A DNA stretch of 64,000 bases from positions 2,496,001 through 2,560,000 of the forward strand of contig OY970194.1 of the NCBI GenBank assembly GCA_963708075.1, read 5' to 3'. Under the pieces are notes generated by a model, which saw nothing but the letters and a program-made list of their open reading frames with translations, was not told the origin of the DNA and searched no databases. This document shows, one piece after another, positions 55,878-64,000 of this stretch. Each line of letters begins with the position of its first letter. The first letter of the stretch is position 1. This DNA is from Sedimentisphaerales bacterium. GTDB taxonomy: Bacteria > Planctomycetota > Phycisphaerae > Sedimentisphaerales > Anaerobacaceae. The position numbers and the translations under genes are program-made.

Positions 55878-57086
55878 CTACTTGCCCGTGACGAGGTTCG
55901 ACATCTTGAAGATTGGCAGAATAATGCTCATCGCGATGAACCCGACCAGACAGCCCATCAGGACGATCATAATCGGCTCGATCATCGACGTCACCGCCTT
56001 GATCACGGTCTTCAGCTCGCGGCCGTAGAAGGTCGATACTTCCCTCAGGACCTCGGCCATGTTACCCGATTCCTCGCCACTTCGAATCATCTGCACGACG
56101 CTGCTGGGCATGAGCGTGTAACGGCTGAGGCTCGCCGCGATCTTCTTGCCCTGCCGCACCTCCTCGTAGACCCCCAGCCACATGTCCTTGAACAAAGCGT
56201 TGCCTGAGATATGGGCCGTGATGGAGATCGTGTTGAGAATCGGCACGCCGGCCCTCGTCAGCACGCCCATCGTATGGAGACTCCGCGTGATGTAGAGACA
56301 CCGGCACAACGTACTGATCAACGGCAGTATCAGCTTCGCTTTGTCCCACCACAGCCGCCCCACCGGCGTGTTGATGAAGTACCAGAACGCCCAGAAAGCC
56401 GCTCCGACCGCGGGAATGATGGCATACCACCAGTGCCGCATGAAAGCGCTCGTCGCCATCAGTATGATCGTCGGGGTCGGCAGCAGGTGCTCCTTACCCC
56501 TGAACAAGGCCGTGAATCGCGGAAGGACGAAACACAGCAGGAAGACAGTCACGCTCACGGCCATCACGGCAATGATGGCGGGATACACCATCGCGCCTTT
56601 GATCTGGGAGCGAGTCTCCGCCTCCTGGTCCAGGTACTCGGCGAGTTTCTGGAGCATGTCGCTGAGCGAGCCGGAGGCCTCCGCCGCCGCCACCATGTTG
56701 ATGTACAGATTGGTGAAGATGCCGGGATGCTCCGCCAGCGCCTGGGAGAAGCTGTTGCCCTCCTCGATCCGGATCTTCAGATCGCGCAGCACGGCTTGGA
56801 ATTTCCGATTGTCGCACTGCTCGGCGATCCCCTCGAGGGCGTCCTGCAAGCTGATACCCGCGCGGACCATAACGGCCAACTGGGTGGTGAAATGAAGGAT
56901 ATCCTTGCGGCTGGGACCGAATTCAACTCGGAACCCACGCACCTTGGCCATCACCGAGTCCGCGCCGGAGGCACCCTGGGACTGCTCGTATCGTCGGGGG
57001 CTCTCCACGGGACTCTCGGAGGCGCTGTTCTGGCGGATATCGGAAGTCGGTGCCGCTTCGTGGTCTTGTATCGTATGTGCTGCCAT
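55878..57086 (-). CDS. pilC: PilC/GspF platform protein
   Basis: FTTQLAVMVRAGI, AAEASGSL, AMVYP, GEESG, MIEP. Confidence 0.92.
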   Translation of the reverse strand: MAAHTIQDHEAAPTSDIRQNSASESPVESPRRYEQSQGASGADSVMAKVRGFRVEFGPSRKDILHFTTQLAVMVRAGISLQDALEGIAEQCDNRKFQAVLRDLKIRIEEGNSFSQALAEHPGIFTNLYINMVAAAEASGSLSDMLQKLAEYLDQEAETRSQIKGAMVYPAIIAVMAVSVTVFLLCFVLPRFTALFRGKEHLLPTPTIILMATSAFMRHWWYAIIPAVGAAFWAFWYFINTPVGRLWWDKAKLILPLISTLCRCLYITRSLHTMGVLTRAGVPILNTISITAHISGNALFKDMWLGVYEEVRQGKKIAASLSRYTLMPSSVVQMIRSGEESGNMAEVLREVSTFYGRELKTVIKAVTSMIEPIMIVLMGCLVGFIAMSIILPIFKMSNLVTGK

Positions 57087-57096
57087 GTCGTCCTCT

Positions 57097-58206
57097 CTAC
57101 TTTTCTGCCCCTACGACTACTCCCTGCCTGGCCTCGTCCGTCTTGCCGGAGACTGCGAGGATCTTTTCCATCTTGCCCGGATTACTGGAGCGAACAATGG
57201 CCTCTTCCCGATCGATGAAACCCTTGAAGTACATCTCCGCGATGCTGTTATCCATGCTCAGCATGCCCAGCCGGCGTGAGGTCTCGATGATATTCGGAAT
57301 CTCGTAGATCCTGTTTTCGCGGATGCAGTTGCGGGTGGCGGAGGTGCACAGGAGAATTTCCGTGCAGGGCACCATGCCCGGCTGGTCGACGCGTTTGAAC
57401 AGGGTCTGGGAGATGACCGCCTGCAGCGTGTTCGCCAGCATCGTGCGGATCTGGTTCTGCTGGCCGGGCGGATAGATGTCGATGATACGCTCGATGCTCT
57501 GCGGCGCGTTGATCGTGTGCAGTGTGCTGAAGACCAGGTGTCCTGTCTCGGCGGCGGTGATCGTGAAGCTCGTCGTCTCGAGGTCACGCATTTCGCCGAC
57601 CATGATGATATCGGGGTCCTGCCGCAGGGCATGCCGAAGGCCGGACGCGAAGTTTGGACAATCGGAGCCGATTTCCCGCTGCTCGATCATGCACCGCTCG
57701 TTCTCGAGCAGGTACTCGACCGGGTCCTCCAGCGTGACGATGCGCTTGCTGCACCGGGAGTTGATCAGCCCGATCATGGCGGCCAGGGTCGTGCTCTTTC
57801 CCGAGCCGGTGTGGCCCGTCACGAGCACCATCCCTCGGGGCAGGTCGGTCAACTCCTTGATGATCGGAGGCAGGTGCAGATCGTCGATCTTGAACACCTG
57901 GTTCGGAATCACGCGGAACGAGATGGCCACCGTGTCCCGCTGAAAATGCGCATTGACGCGGAACCGGTGCCCCCCGTTGATCGAGGTAGAGAAATCCAGG
58001 TCTCGCGTTTCCTCGAATCTCTTCGTCTTTTCCGGCCCAACCATCGCCAGCACCATGGCCCGGGCATCCTGGTTGGTCACCGGCGGACATTCCGTCGCGA
58101 TCAGCTCAGTATCCCTTCGCAGCACCGGCGGCATGCCCACATTGATGTGCACGTCGCTGGCCCGGTTCTCGATGGCCGTTTCCAAGATCGCCTTAATATC
58201 CAGCAT
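57097..58206 (-). CDS. pilT: Pilus retraction ATPase PilT
   Basis: ASDVH, RFRVN, GHTGSGKSTT, EQREIG, AAETGHLVFSTLHT, ATRNCIRE (AIRNLIRE-like). Confidence 0.92.
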   Translation of the reverse strand: MLDIKAILETAIENRASDVHINVGMPPVLRRDTELIATECPPVTNQDARAMVLAMVGPEKTKRFEETRDLDFSTSINGGHRFRVNAHFQRDTVAISFRVIPNQVFKIDDLHLPPIIKELTDLPRGMVLVTGHTGSGKSTTLAAMIGLINSRCSKRIVTLEDPVEYLLENERCMIEQREIGSDCPNFASGLRHALRQDPDIIMVGEMRDLETTSFTITAAETGHLVFSTLHTINAPQSIERIIDIYPPGQQNQIRTMLANTLQAVISQTLFKRVDQPGMVPCTEILLCTSATRNCIRENRIYEIPNIIETSRRLGMLSMDNSIAEMYFKGFIDREEAIVRSSNPGKMEKILAVSGKTDEARQGVVVGAEK

Positions 58207-58246
58207 AACGTAATCGTCCTATGTAACGCCCGAAACTTCGGGCGGA

Positions 58247-60124
58247 TCAGCGCATGTTCTCAACAAACACTTCAACTTCGCTTTGCCCGTACACTTCGGT
58301 CACGCGAAGCACTTCTTCCAAGGTGGTCAGGCCCGCCTTGACTTTCTTGAGCCCGTCGTGGAACAGGGTATCATGCCCGCTCGTGCGGAAGGCCCGGCGC
58401 ATGTTGTTCACCGACGAGTCCTGGTTGATCATGTCGCGGAACTTGTCGTCGATGACGAGCAGCTCGAAGATTCCCACGCGGCCGGAATAGCCGGTGCCCC
58501 GGCAGGCGTCACAACCTTTGCCATGCATCAGCTCCTCCGGTTTGATGCCGGCCCGCTGCACGTACTTGAGCATCTGCTCAGGGATCTGGTACACTTCCTT
58601 GCACTTGGGGCAGATCCTCCGCACGAGGCGCTGAGCCGCCGCGGCGTTCAGCGAGGCGGCGATCAGGTACGGATCGATGCCGATGTTCACCAATCGGGTG
58701 ATGCTCGTAGCGGCGTCGTTCGTGTGCAGCGTGGATAGAACGAGGTGGCCCGTGAGGGCCGCCTGGACCGCGATTCTCGCCGTCTCATTGTCGCGGATTT
58801 CTCCGATCATGATGACGTCCGGGTCCTGGCGTAACAAGCTGCGCAGCGACGTTGCAAAGGTCAGCCCGGCCTTGTCATTGATCTGCACCTGATTGCAGAA
58901 GTCCAGCTCATATTCGACCGGGTCTTCCACCGTCGAGATGTTCAGCTTCTCGCCGTCCATCTCGGACAGGGCCGAGTACAGCGTGGTGCTCTTTCCGGAT
59001 CCTGTCGGCCCGGTCACCAGGAGAATGCCGTGCGGCATGCCGACCTGTTCCTTAAAGGTCGCGCAGACGTCCGGCTCCATCCCGACGTACTCCAGGCCGC
59101 GCATGATGGATTTGCTGTCGAGCACGCGAATCACGGTCTTTTCGCCGCGATTCGTGGGCAGCGTGGAAATACGCAGGTCGATCGCCCGGCCCCCGACGAT
59201 GGCGGCGACCTTGCCGTCCTGGGGCAGCCGCCGCTCGGAGATGTCCATGTTGGCCATGATCTTGACACGCGAGACGACCGCCGGGTGCATCTTGATCGGC
59301 GCCTGCATCGCTTCGAACAGCACGCCATCGACGCGGTAGCGGATTTTCGTCTGGGTCTCCTTGGGCTCGATGTGGATATCGCTGGCCCCTTCCCGAACGG
59401 CATTGCTGATGAGATAGTTGACGAATTTGATGATCGGCGACTGCCCGGCCATCTTCTCGAGGTCTCCCGAGTCCTCCTCCTGGTCCTGGACGACCTCCAC
59501 CTCCGTCATGTCGCTGATGATGTCTTCCAGATTGCCGCTGGCGGTCTGATCCTGCTGGAAGGACTCGCAGATGGCCGTGATGTCTTCCGCCGGGCAGACG
59601 AGCACTCGTGTTTCCATCTGCACCTGGCGTTTCACATCCTCCAGCGCGAAGATGTTCGCCGGTTCGCTGGTGACGACGACCAGGGTGCCCTCCTCGATCG
59701 CGATCGGCACGATGCTGCTGCGCTGGATGAACTCCATGTCGAGCTTCTGGAACGCCGCCTTGTCCACGTCCTGTGGAGTGACGCGGCGAAACTCCAGGCC
59801 GCTAAGCCTGGCCTTGGCTTCGAGAACATCGGCCGTGTTCGCAAGATTCTCCTTGAGTACCCATGTCGCCGCATCCATGCCGGGTCGGCTCATCAGTTCC
59901 CGCCGCATGCGACCATACTGCTCGTCGCTGATCTTCTCCATCTCCAGCAGAATATCGGCCACATCGCGCACGTGCGACTGGCTCACCGGCTCCGGAGAAT
60001 ACAGATCACACAGGCCACGCACCGACTCGTCATCGGGGCAGCTCTCGGCCGCCCCCGGCAAATCGACCGGATTCGGCTGAGGAGGCACTTTCTCTTTTGG
60101 ATGGGATAAGAAGCGTAACATCAT
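58247..60124 (-). CDS. pilB: Pilus assembly ATPase PilB/GspE
   Basis: ASDIHIEP, ERRLPQDG, GPTGSGKSTT, LRQDPD, tetracysteine motif. Confidence 0.92.
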   Translation of the reverse strand: MMLRFLSHPKEKVPPQPNPVDLPGAAESCPDDESVRGLCDLYSPEPVSQSHVRDVADILLEMEKISDEQYGRMRRELMSRPGMDAATWVLKENLANTADVLEAKARLSGLEFRRVTPQDVDKAAFQKLDMEFIQRSSIVPIAIEEGTLVVVTSEPANIFALEDVKRQVQMETRVLVCPAEDITAICESFQQDQTASGNLEDIISDMTEVEVVQDQEEDSGDLEKMAGQSPIIKFVNYLISNAVREGASDIHIEPKETQTKIRYRVDGVLFEAMQAPIKMHPAVVSRVKIMANMDISERRLPQDGKVAAIVGGRAIDLRISTLPTNRGEKTVIRVLDSKSIMRGLEYVGMEPDVCATFKEQVGMPHGILLVTGPTGSGKSTTLYSALSEMDGEKLNISTVEDPVEYELDFCNQVQINDKAGLTFATSLRSLLRQDPDVIMIGEIRDNETARIAVQAALTGHLVLSTLHTNDAATSITRLVNIGIDPYLIAASLNAAAAQRLVRRICPKCKEVYQIPEQMLKYVQRAGIKPEELMHGKGCDACRGTGYSGRVGIFELLVIDDKFRDMINQDSSVNNMRRAFRTSGHDTLFHDGLKKVKAGLTTLEEVLRVTEVYGQSEVEVFVENMR

Positions 60125-60840
60125 TGTGAGAGCTTTAGCACAACGGTAAATTGTTCGGTCTCGGCGGAATTCCCGCCGGCCGGGTTCCCATCACCGCGCC
60201 AGGTCAGCTCCACGGAGTCGCTGCCAATGCGAGTGATGACAAAACCTTCAATCGTGTCGCCCTGTCGCAGAAGCATGTCATTGATCATGCAACTGCTGGC
60301 CGGCCCGGACTGCATCACGCTCAGAAGCGACAAAGAGCCGGCCCGCTGTCTCAAGCGTTGTTGCCTGATGAGGGCCGCTTCCGCCTCCGAATCGGCCTGC
60401 GGCGCGATCTCCGCCTTGATATCCTTGGCGAACGCTTCCACCTCGAACGGGTTTTTCGCCAGATCGTTCACGCGCACCTGGTAAACACCCGAGAATTCGT
60501 AGAACTTTTTGAGGATCTGATCAGCCTTGCTCATCATCTCCGTGCTGAAGCCGGTGAGTCGGCCGATGGCGACCTCCATCTGCGTTTGTTCCTCATCAGC
60601 CTGTTTGGCCAATGCGGCCTGCGGCTGGCTCTTGCGAATCATGAACCACAGGCAGACCAGTCCGACGGACACGAGGACGGCCACAAGAATCGTGCTCTTT
60701 CGCAGAGTCTTGCTGGTCGTGGCCACCGTCAGATATTCGAGAGAGCCGGAATCGTCGGACCCCTTGGGCAGGTGTTGCCCGCCGTTCTTGGTCTGGTTTC
60801 CCGATTCTCCGGCCCCTTGTTCACGCATGAAAGACAGCAT
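60121..60840 (-). CDS. Single-TM pilus cluster protein (PilP/GspC-like position)
   Basis: One TM, KNPF motif, IND..LRQGDTIEGFVITRI; lies after pilO. Confidence 0.6.
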   Translation of the reverse strand: MLSFMREQGAGESGNQTKNGGQHLPKGSDDSGSLEYLTVATTSKTLRKSTILVAVLVSVGLVCLWFMIRKSQPQAALAKQADEEQTQMEVAIGRLTGFSTEMMSKADQILKKFYEFSGVYQVRVNDLAKNPFEVEAFAKDIKAEIAPQADSEAEAALIRQQRLRQRAGSLSLLSVMQSGPASSCMINDMLLRQGDTIEGFVITRIGSDSVELTWRGDGNPAGGNSAETEQFTVVLKLSQ

Positions 60841-60907
60841 AATGCAGCCCCGTCAATACCCTACCCTTTGGTTCGCGCGGGCATTCCTCACGGAATCTCC
60901 GCCACGA

Positions 60908-61444
60908 TCAGACAGCCTTGTTCTGGAAGAAAATGCTCAGGATGAAGTTGGCCCCGACCTTCCCCTCCGCCGTGTTCTCTTTCTCCAGATTGAGCTGTCT
61001 CAGTTTCATGATGCGCGGGAGCTTCTCGATTTCCAGCAGGAACGAGTAGAAGGAATTGAAGTCGCCCACCCACTTCATTTCCAGCGGCTGCTCCACGTAG
61101 CCGTTGTTGTCCTTGGGCACAAGGGTGCGGATGGTCTGAGGCTTGAGCCCCTGCTTCTGTGCGACGACCGTCACCTGCTCAAGGACCTTGTGGATTTCGC
61201 TGGTTGGAGGCAGCTTGCTCTCGAAGAAGCGGATCGCCTCCTGGAGCTGAGTCAGTTGCTTGTTGAGGTCATCGGCCTTGGCCGTGGCCTCTTCGAATTC
61301 TTTCAGCTTCGCCCGTTTGCCATCCACGCGCTGCTTGGCCTCGGCCAGGTGCTGATTCGCGGGCTTGACCATGTACTGGTAGCCGGCCACTGCCACAGCC
61401 ACCAACAGGATGAAGAACACTACTTTTCTAAGACCGCTGGTCAT
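60908..61444 (-). CDS. pilO: PilO
   Basis: TM plus coiled coil, KLP...EI, GDF..FY.FL.EIEKLPRI. Confidence 0.85.
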   Translation of the reverse strand: MTSGLRKVVFFILLVAVAVAGYQYMVKPANQHLAEAKQRVDGKRAKLKEFEEATAKADDLNKQLTQLQEAIRFFESKLPPTSEIHKVLEQVTVVAQKQGLKPQTIRTLVPKDNNGYVEQPLEMKWVGDFNSFYSFLLEIEKLPRIMKLRQLNLEKENTAEGKVGANFILSIFFQNKAV

Positions 61445-61511
61445 GATATCACTCCTGCATGCGGCCGGCCGTATCCTCGCCCGCCGCTGGGTCGTTCAAA
61501 GAATATCCGAA

Positions 61512-62231
61512 CTAGAACTGATACACCGAATGCGCCGCCTTGGATTTGATCGCCTCGACGTCTTCCTTCGTCAGGTGCACCTCGGGACGCAGCATGGCCG
61601 TGAGCTTGAACTGACGGAAGAACGTGCTATCGACCTTCTTCTCCTTGGACTCCACCAGCGCCACGTTGGTCAGCAGGACCGAGCTGCCGAGCCGCTCGAT
61701 GTACGCCGCCACCTGCAGATCGCTCGGCGACACACCTTCGATTTCCATGTGCGTCTCAAGCTGTTTCTCCGCCGAGACCCTCGCCTCCGGCTCCGGGCTC
61801 GCCTGTTGGTTCTGGGCCGTCTGGTACTTGTTTCTTGCCACGCTGGCCTGGGCGGTCTTGGTGAGCTCCTTCTGCACGAGGCCGACCTTGAGAAGAGACA
61901 CGCCGGCCGGCAGACTGTTCGTCAGGGATGCGAGCACCACGCTTCGCGGCACGGGCTCCAGCAGCTCCGCCGTCGTCAACGCGGTCCTCATCATCTCCTT
62001 GCGCTTCGTCTGCAGCTCCTCGAATTTCTTGATCGACTCCTGCATGCGCACCATCTTCGCATTGACAAGCGCTTCCTCGGCCTTGCAGGCCCCCTGGCGG
62101 ACTTTGATCATCACGAACGAGCCGCCCAGCACGGCCATGACCACCGAGAACATGACCAGGCACATCAGGTTGGCCCTGCGTGACTCATTGCCCTGCACAT
62201 AATCATCCGGCACGAAGTTTATGTTTGACAT
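61512..62231 (-). CDS. pilN: PilN
   Basis: INFVP N-terminal motif, TM, coiled coil, LPAGVSL. Confidence 0.82.
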   Translation of the reverse strand: MSNINFVPDDYVQGNESRRANLMCLVMFSVVMAVLGGSFVMIKVRQGACKAEEALVNAKMVRMQESIKKFEELQTKRKEMMRTALTTAELLEPVPRSVVLASLTNSLPAGVSLLKVGLVQKELTKTAQASVARNKYQTAQNQQASPEPEARVSAEKQLETHMEIEGVSPSDLQVAAYIERLGSSVLLTNVALVESKEKKVDSTFFRQFKLTAMLRPEVHLTKEDVEAIKSKAAHSVYQF

Positions 62232-62278
62232 TGCGGTTATTACCTCCGTTGAAGGGACTGAAATTCCATGGACAGTTT

Positions 62279-63220
62279 TTACGAAAGGCTCAGGCCAAAC
62301 GCCAGGGCCCAGCCGACCGTGCCATTTCTCCGCTCCAGGCCGAAGCGATCCGGATCGTTCATCTGGATGGCTGCCATGCAGTCACCCATCTGCGCCTGAA
62401 CTTCCAGTTGCTTGGCAATGGTTCGGTAGATATCCGCGTCCACGGACAATCCCGACAAGAAAATCAATCGCTCGATCTGTACGCCCTTGTAGAGCGACAG
62501 GAATTCACGTCTGCAGGCGGTCAGCTCCATCACGAGCCTGCCGGTCAGCTTCTCATCCTCCTTGAGCTGCTTGGTGCCCACCGGGATCGAGCACGCATAC
62601 AGCGGATTCTTGTGCCGGCTGATCACGGCGTTCGTGCAGTCCGCCTGAATGTCCAGCAGCATGACGATCGACTCGAGATCGGTTTTGCGCCGCCCGAAGA
62701 AACGGGCATAGCAGGCGGCCAGCGCCACCGGCCAAACGCCGATCGACTTGAGCGTCATCCCCGCCCGCTCGTAGATCGCCAGATGCCTGTCGATCACCGC
62801 TCGCTCCGTCGCCAGCACCATGACGTTGTCCTGTTCCGCAGGAATGTACTTGATCATGGTGTTGTTCTCGATCGGCTCGAACGGCAGCTTCTGCTTGATC
62901 TTGGCGAAGATCGCCTCTTCGATCTTGCCGTCGAACTTCTTGGGCCAGCGCAGATGATCGATGAACACTTCGTTGGCCGGCAGGGCCGCCACGACCTCCT
63001 TGCCTTTGAAATGTCCCTCGTGCGCCGATTCCCGCATCACCTCAATAGCCCAGCGCTGCCAACGAGCCGTCCCCGGCAGAACATCCGCAGGACGGTTGAC
63101 GTATTGCCCGGCGATCAGGACCGAGTCCTCCGAGCCGTTGGCAAGCTGCGCCAGCTTGAGGCAATCGTTGCCCAAATCCACTCCGATGAGGTACGAGTTT
63201 TTTTTCCCAAGTCCAAACAT
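62279..63220 (-). CDS. pilM: PilM-like actin-fold protein
   Basis: IGVDLGNDCLKLAQL, KLPF, LLDI, WALAFGLSL; first gene of the pilMNO cluster. Confidence 0.8.
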   Translation of the reverse strand: MFGLGKKNSYLIGVDLGNDCLKLAQLANGSEDSVLIAGQYVNRPADVLPGTARWQRWAIEVMRESAHEGHFKGKEVVAALPANEVFIDHLRWPKKFDGKIEEAIFAKIKQKLPFEPIENNTMIKYIPAEQDNVMVLATERAVIDRHLAIYERAGMTLKSIGVWPVALAACYARFFGRRKTDLESIVMLLDIQADCTNAVISRHKNPLYACSIPVGTKQLKEDEKLTGRLVMELTACRREFLSLYKGVQIERLIFLSGLSVDADIYRTIAKQLEVQAQMGDCMAAIQMNDPDRFGLERRNGTVGWALAFGLSLS

Positions 63221-63661
63221 GTGACGTTCGCCTACCTTAGAAACGAGTTCACTTTCTTCCCTCTCTTCGTGGCGACAGGGGGAGTCCCTCGCGTTGCAGC
63301 GCGGCTCGTGAAACCCCCTTTTCCTTTCGATAACGCGGCCATGTTGACCTTCCGAGTAAACCGTCTGGAAGTAATATCTCGGCAATCAATACGATGCCGA
63401 TTAAAATATATGAAACAGAAAGGAGAGAGGCCAAAAACGTGCGCGGGATTGGCGATTCTGCGGCATGCCGGACATCACGGAACGAGGGTGGCTCCGATAA
63501 ACGGGGAGCGAACAGAGAGCTATGCGGCTTGAATTACAGTGAATCCATAGACGATAGGATCGATTCCCATCGCATTATTTGTCGTTTGTCACATCGACTC
63601 GCTTCATTGAACGCGCGGCGCGAACCGCATAAACCCTACAGGCGGCACAGACTCTGCAAGC

Positions 63662-64000
63662 CTATTCCGCCTTGGGCCGGCGGCTCATCAGGTCCTCGAT
63701 CGCGGCCTTCACGGGCTTGCTTTCGAAGAGCACTTCGTACACGGCCTGTGTTATCGGCACTTCGATGCCGTACCGCTGGGCGAGCGCCACGACCGATTTG
63801 CACGTGGAGACTCCCTCGACCACCGATGCGGTCGCGTGCTGCGCCTGCTCGCATGTCTGTCCTCTTCCTATTCTCTCGCCGAAGGAGCGGTTGCGGCCGG
63901 TCGGCGAGATGCACGTTGTCACCAGGTCGCCCAGGCCGGTCAAGCCGGCAAACGTCTGCTCTCGTGCCCCCATCGCCACCCCGAGCCGCGTGATCTCCGC
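63662..64000 (-). CDS. gpsA: NAD(P)H-dependent glycerol-3-phosphate dehydrogenase (C-terminal part only)
   Basis: TFAGLTGLGDLVTTC...GRNRSFG...VVEGV...PIT. Confidence 0.93.
   Translation of the reverse strand, partial: AEITRLGVAMGAREQTFAGLTGLGDLVTTCISPTGRNRSFGERIGRGQTCEQAQHATASVVEGVSTCKSVVALAQRYGIEVPITQAVYEVLFESKPVKAAIEDLMSRRPKAE

Overview
GC-rich bacterial chromosomal window. The gene content (groEL-groES-groEL-dnaJ-grpE, extended SecA, FHA plus TM-GspE module, PQQ-propeller proteins, several glycoside hydrolases) suggests a planctomycete, probably Phycisphaerae; this is an inference. It is mostly housekeeping and metabolic: pfk, avtA, addBA, arfB, a chaperone operon, thrS-infC-rpmI-rplT-pheS, secA, tRNA-Val(GAC), a type IV pilus/T2SS-like cluster, gpsA, GH3/GH29/GH30 enzymes, an ECF sigma/anti-sigma pair and a hybrid kinase. 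Five genes (addA, groEL2, dnaJ, thrS, an LRR gene) carry single frameshifts, most likely assembly indels. No cas, integrase, transposase or reverse transcriptase gene is visible. Signals not explained by the gene calls: (1) a hypothetical gene whose 3' half is an array of 7 copies of TTGGCTTTGTTTCG separated by spacers built from pieces of other repeat families; (2) a solitary 32-nt type I-C CRISPR-repeat mimic directly before the groEL2 ribosome-binding site; (3) an 80-95 bp palindromic element that also sits inside coding sequence (addA); (4) a candidate sigma28-driven anti-SD sRNA downstream of secA; (5) two alpha-L-fucosidase genes embedded in the chaperone operon; (6) a recurring 27-bp YAA-N19-TTA intergenic palindrome.
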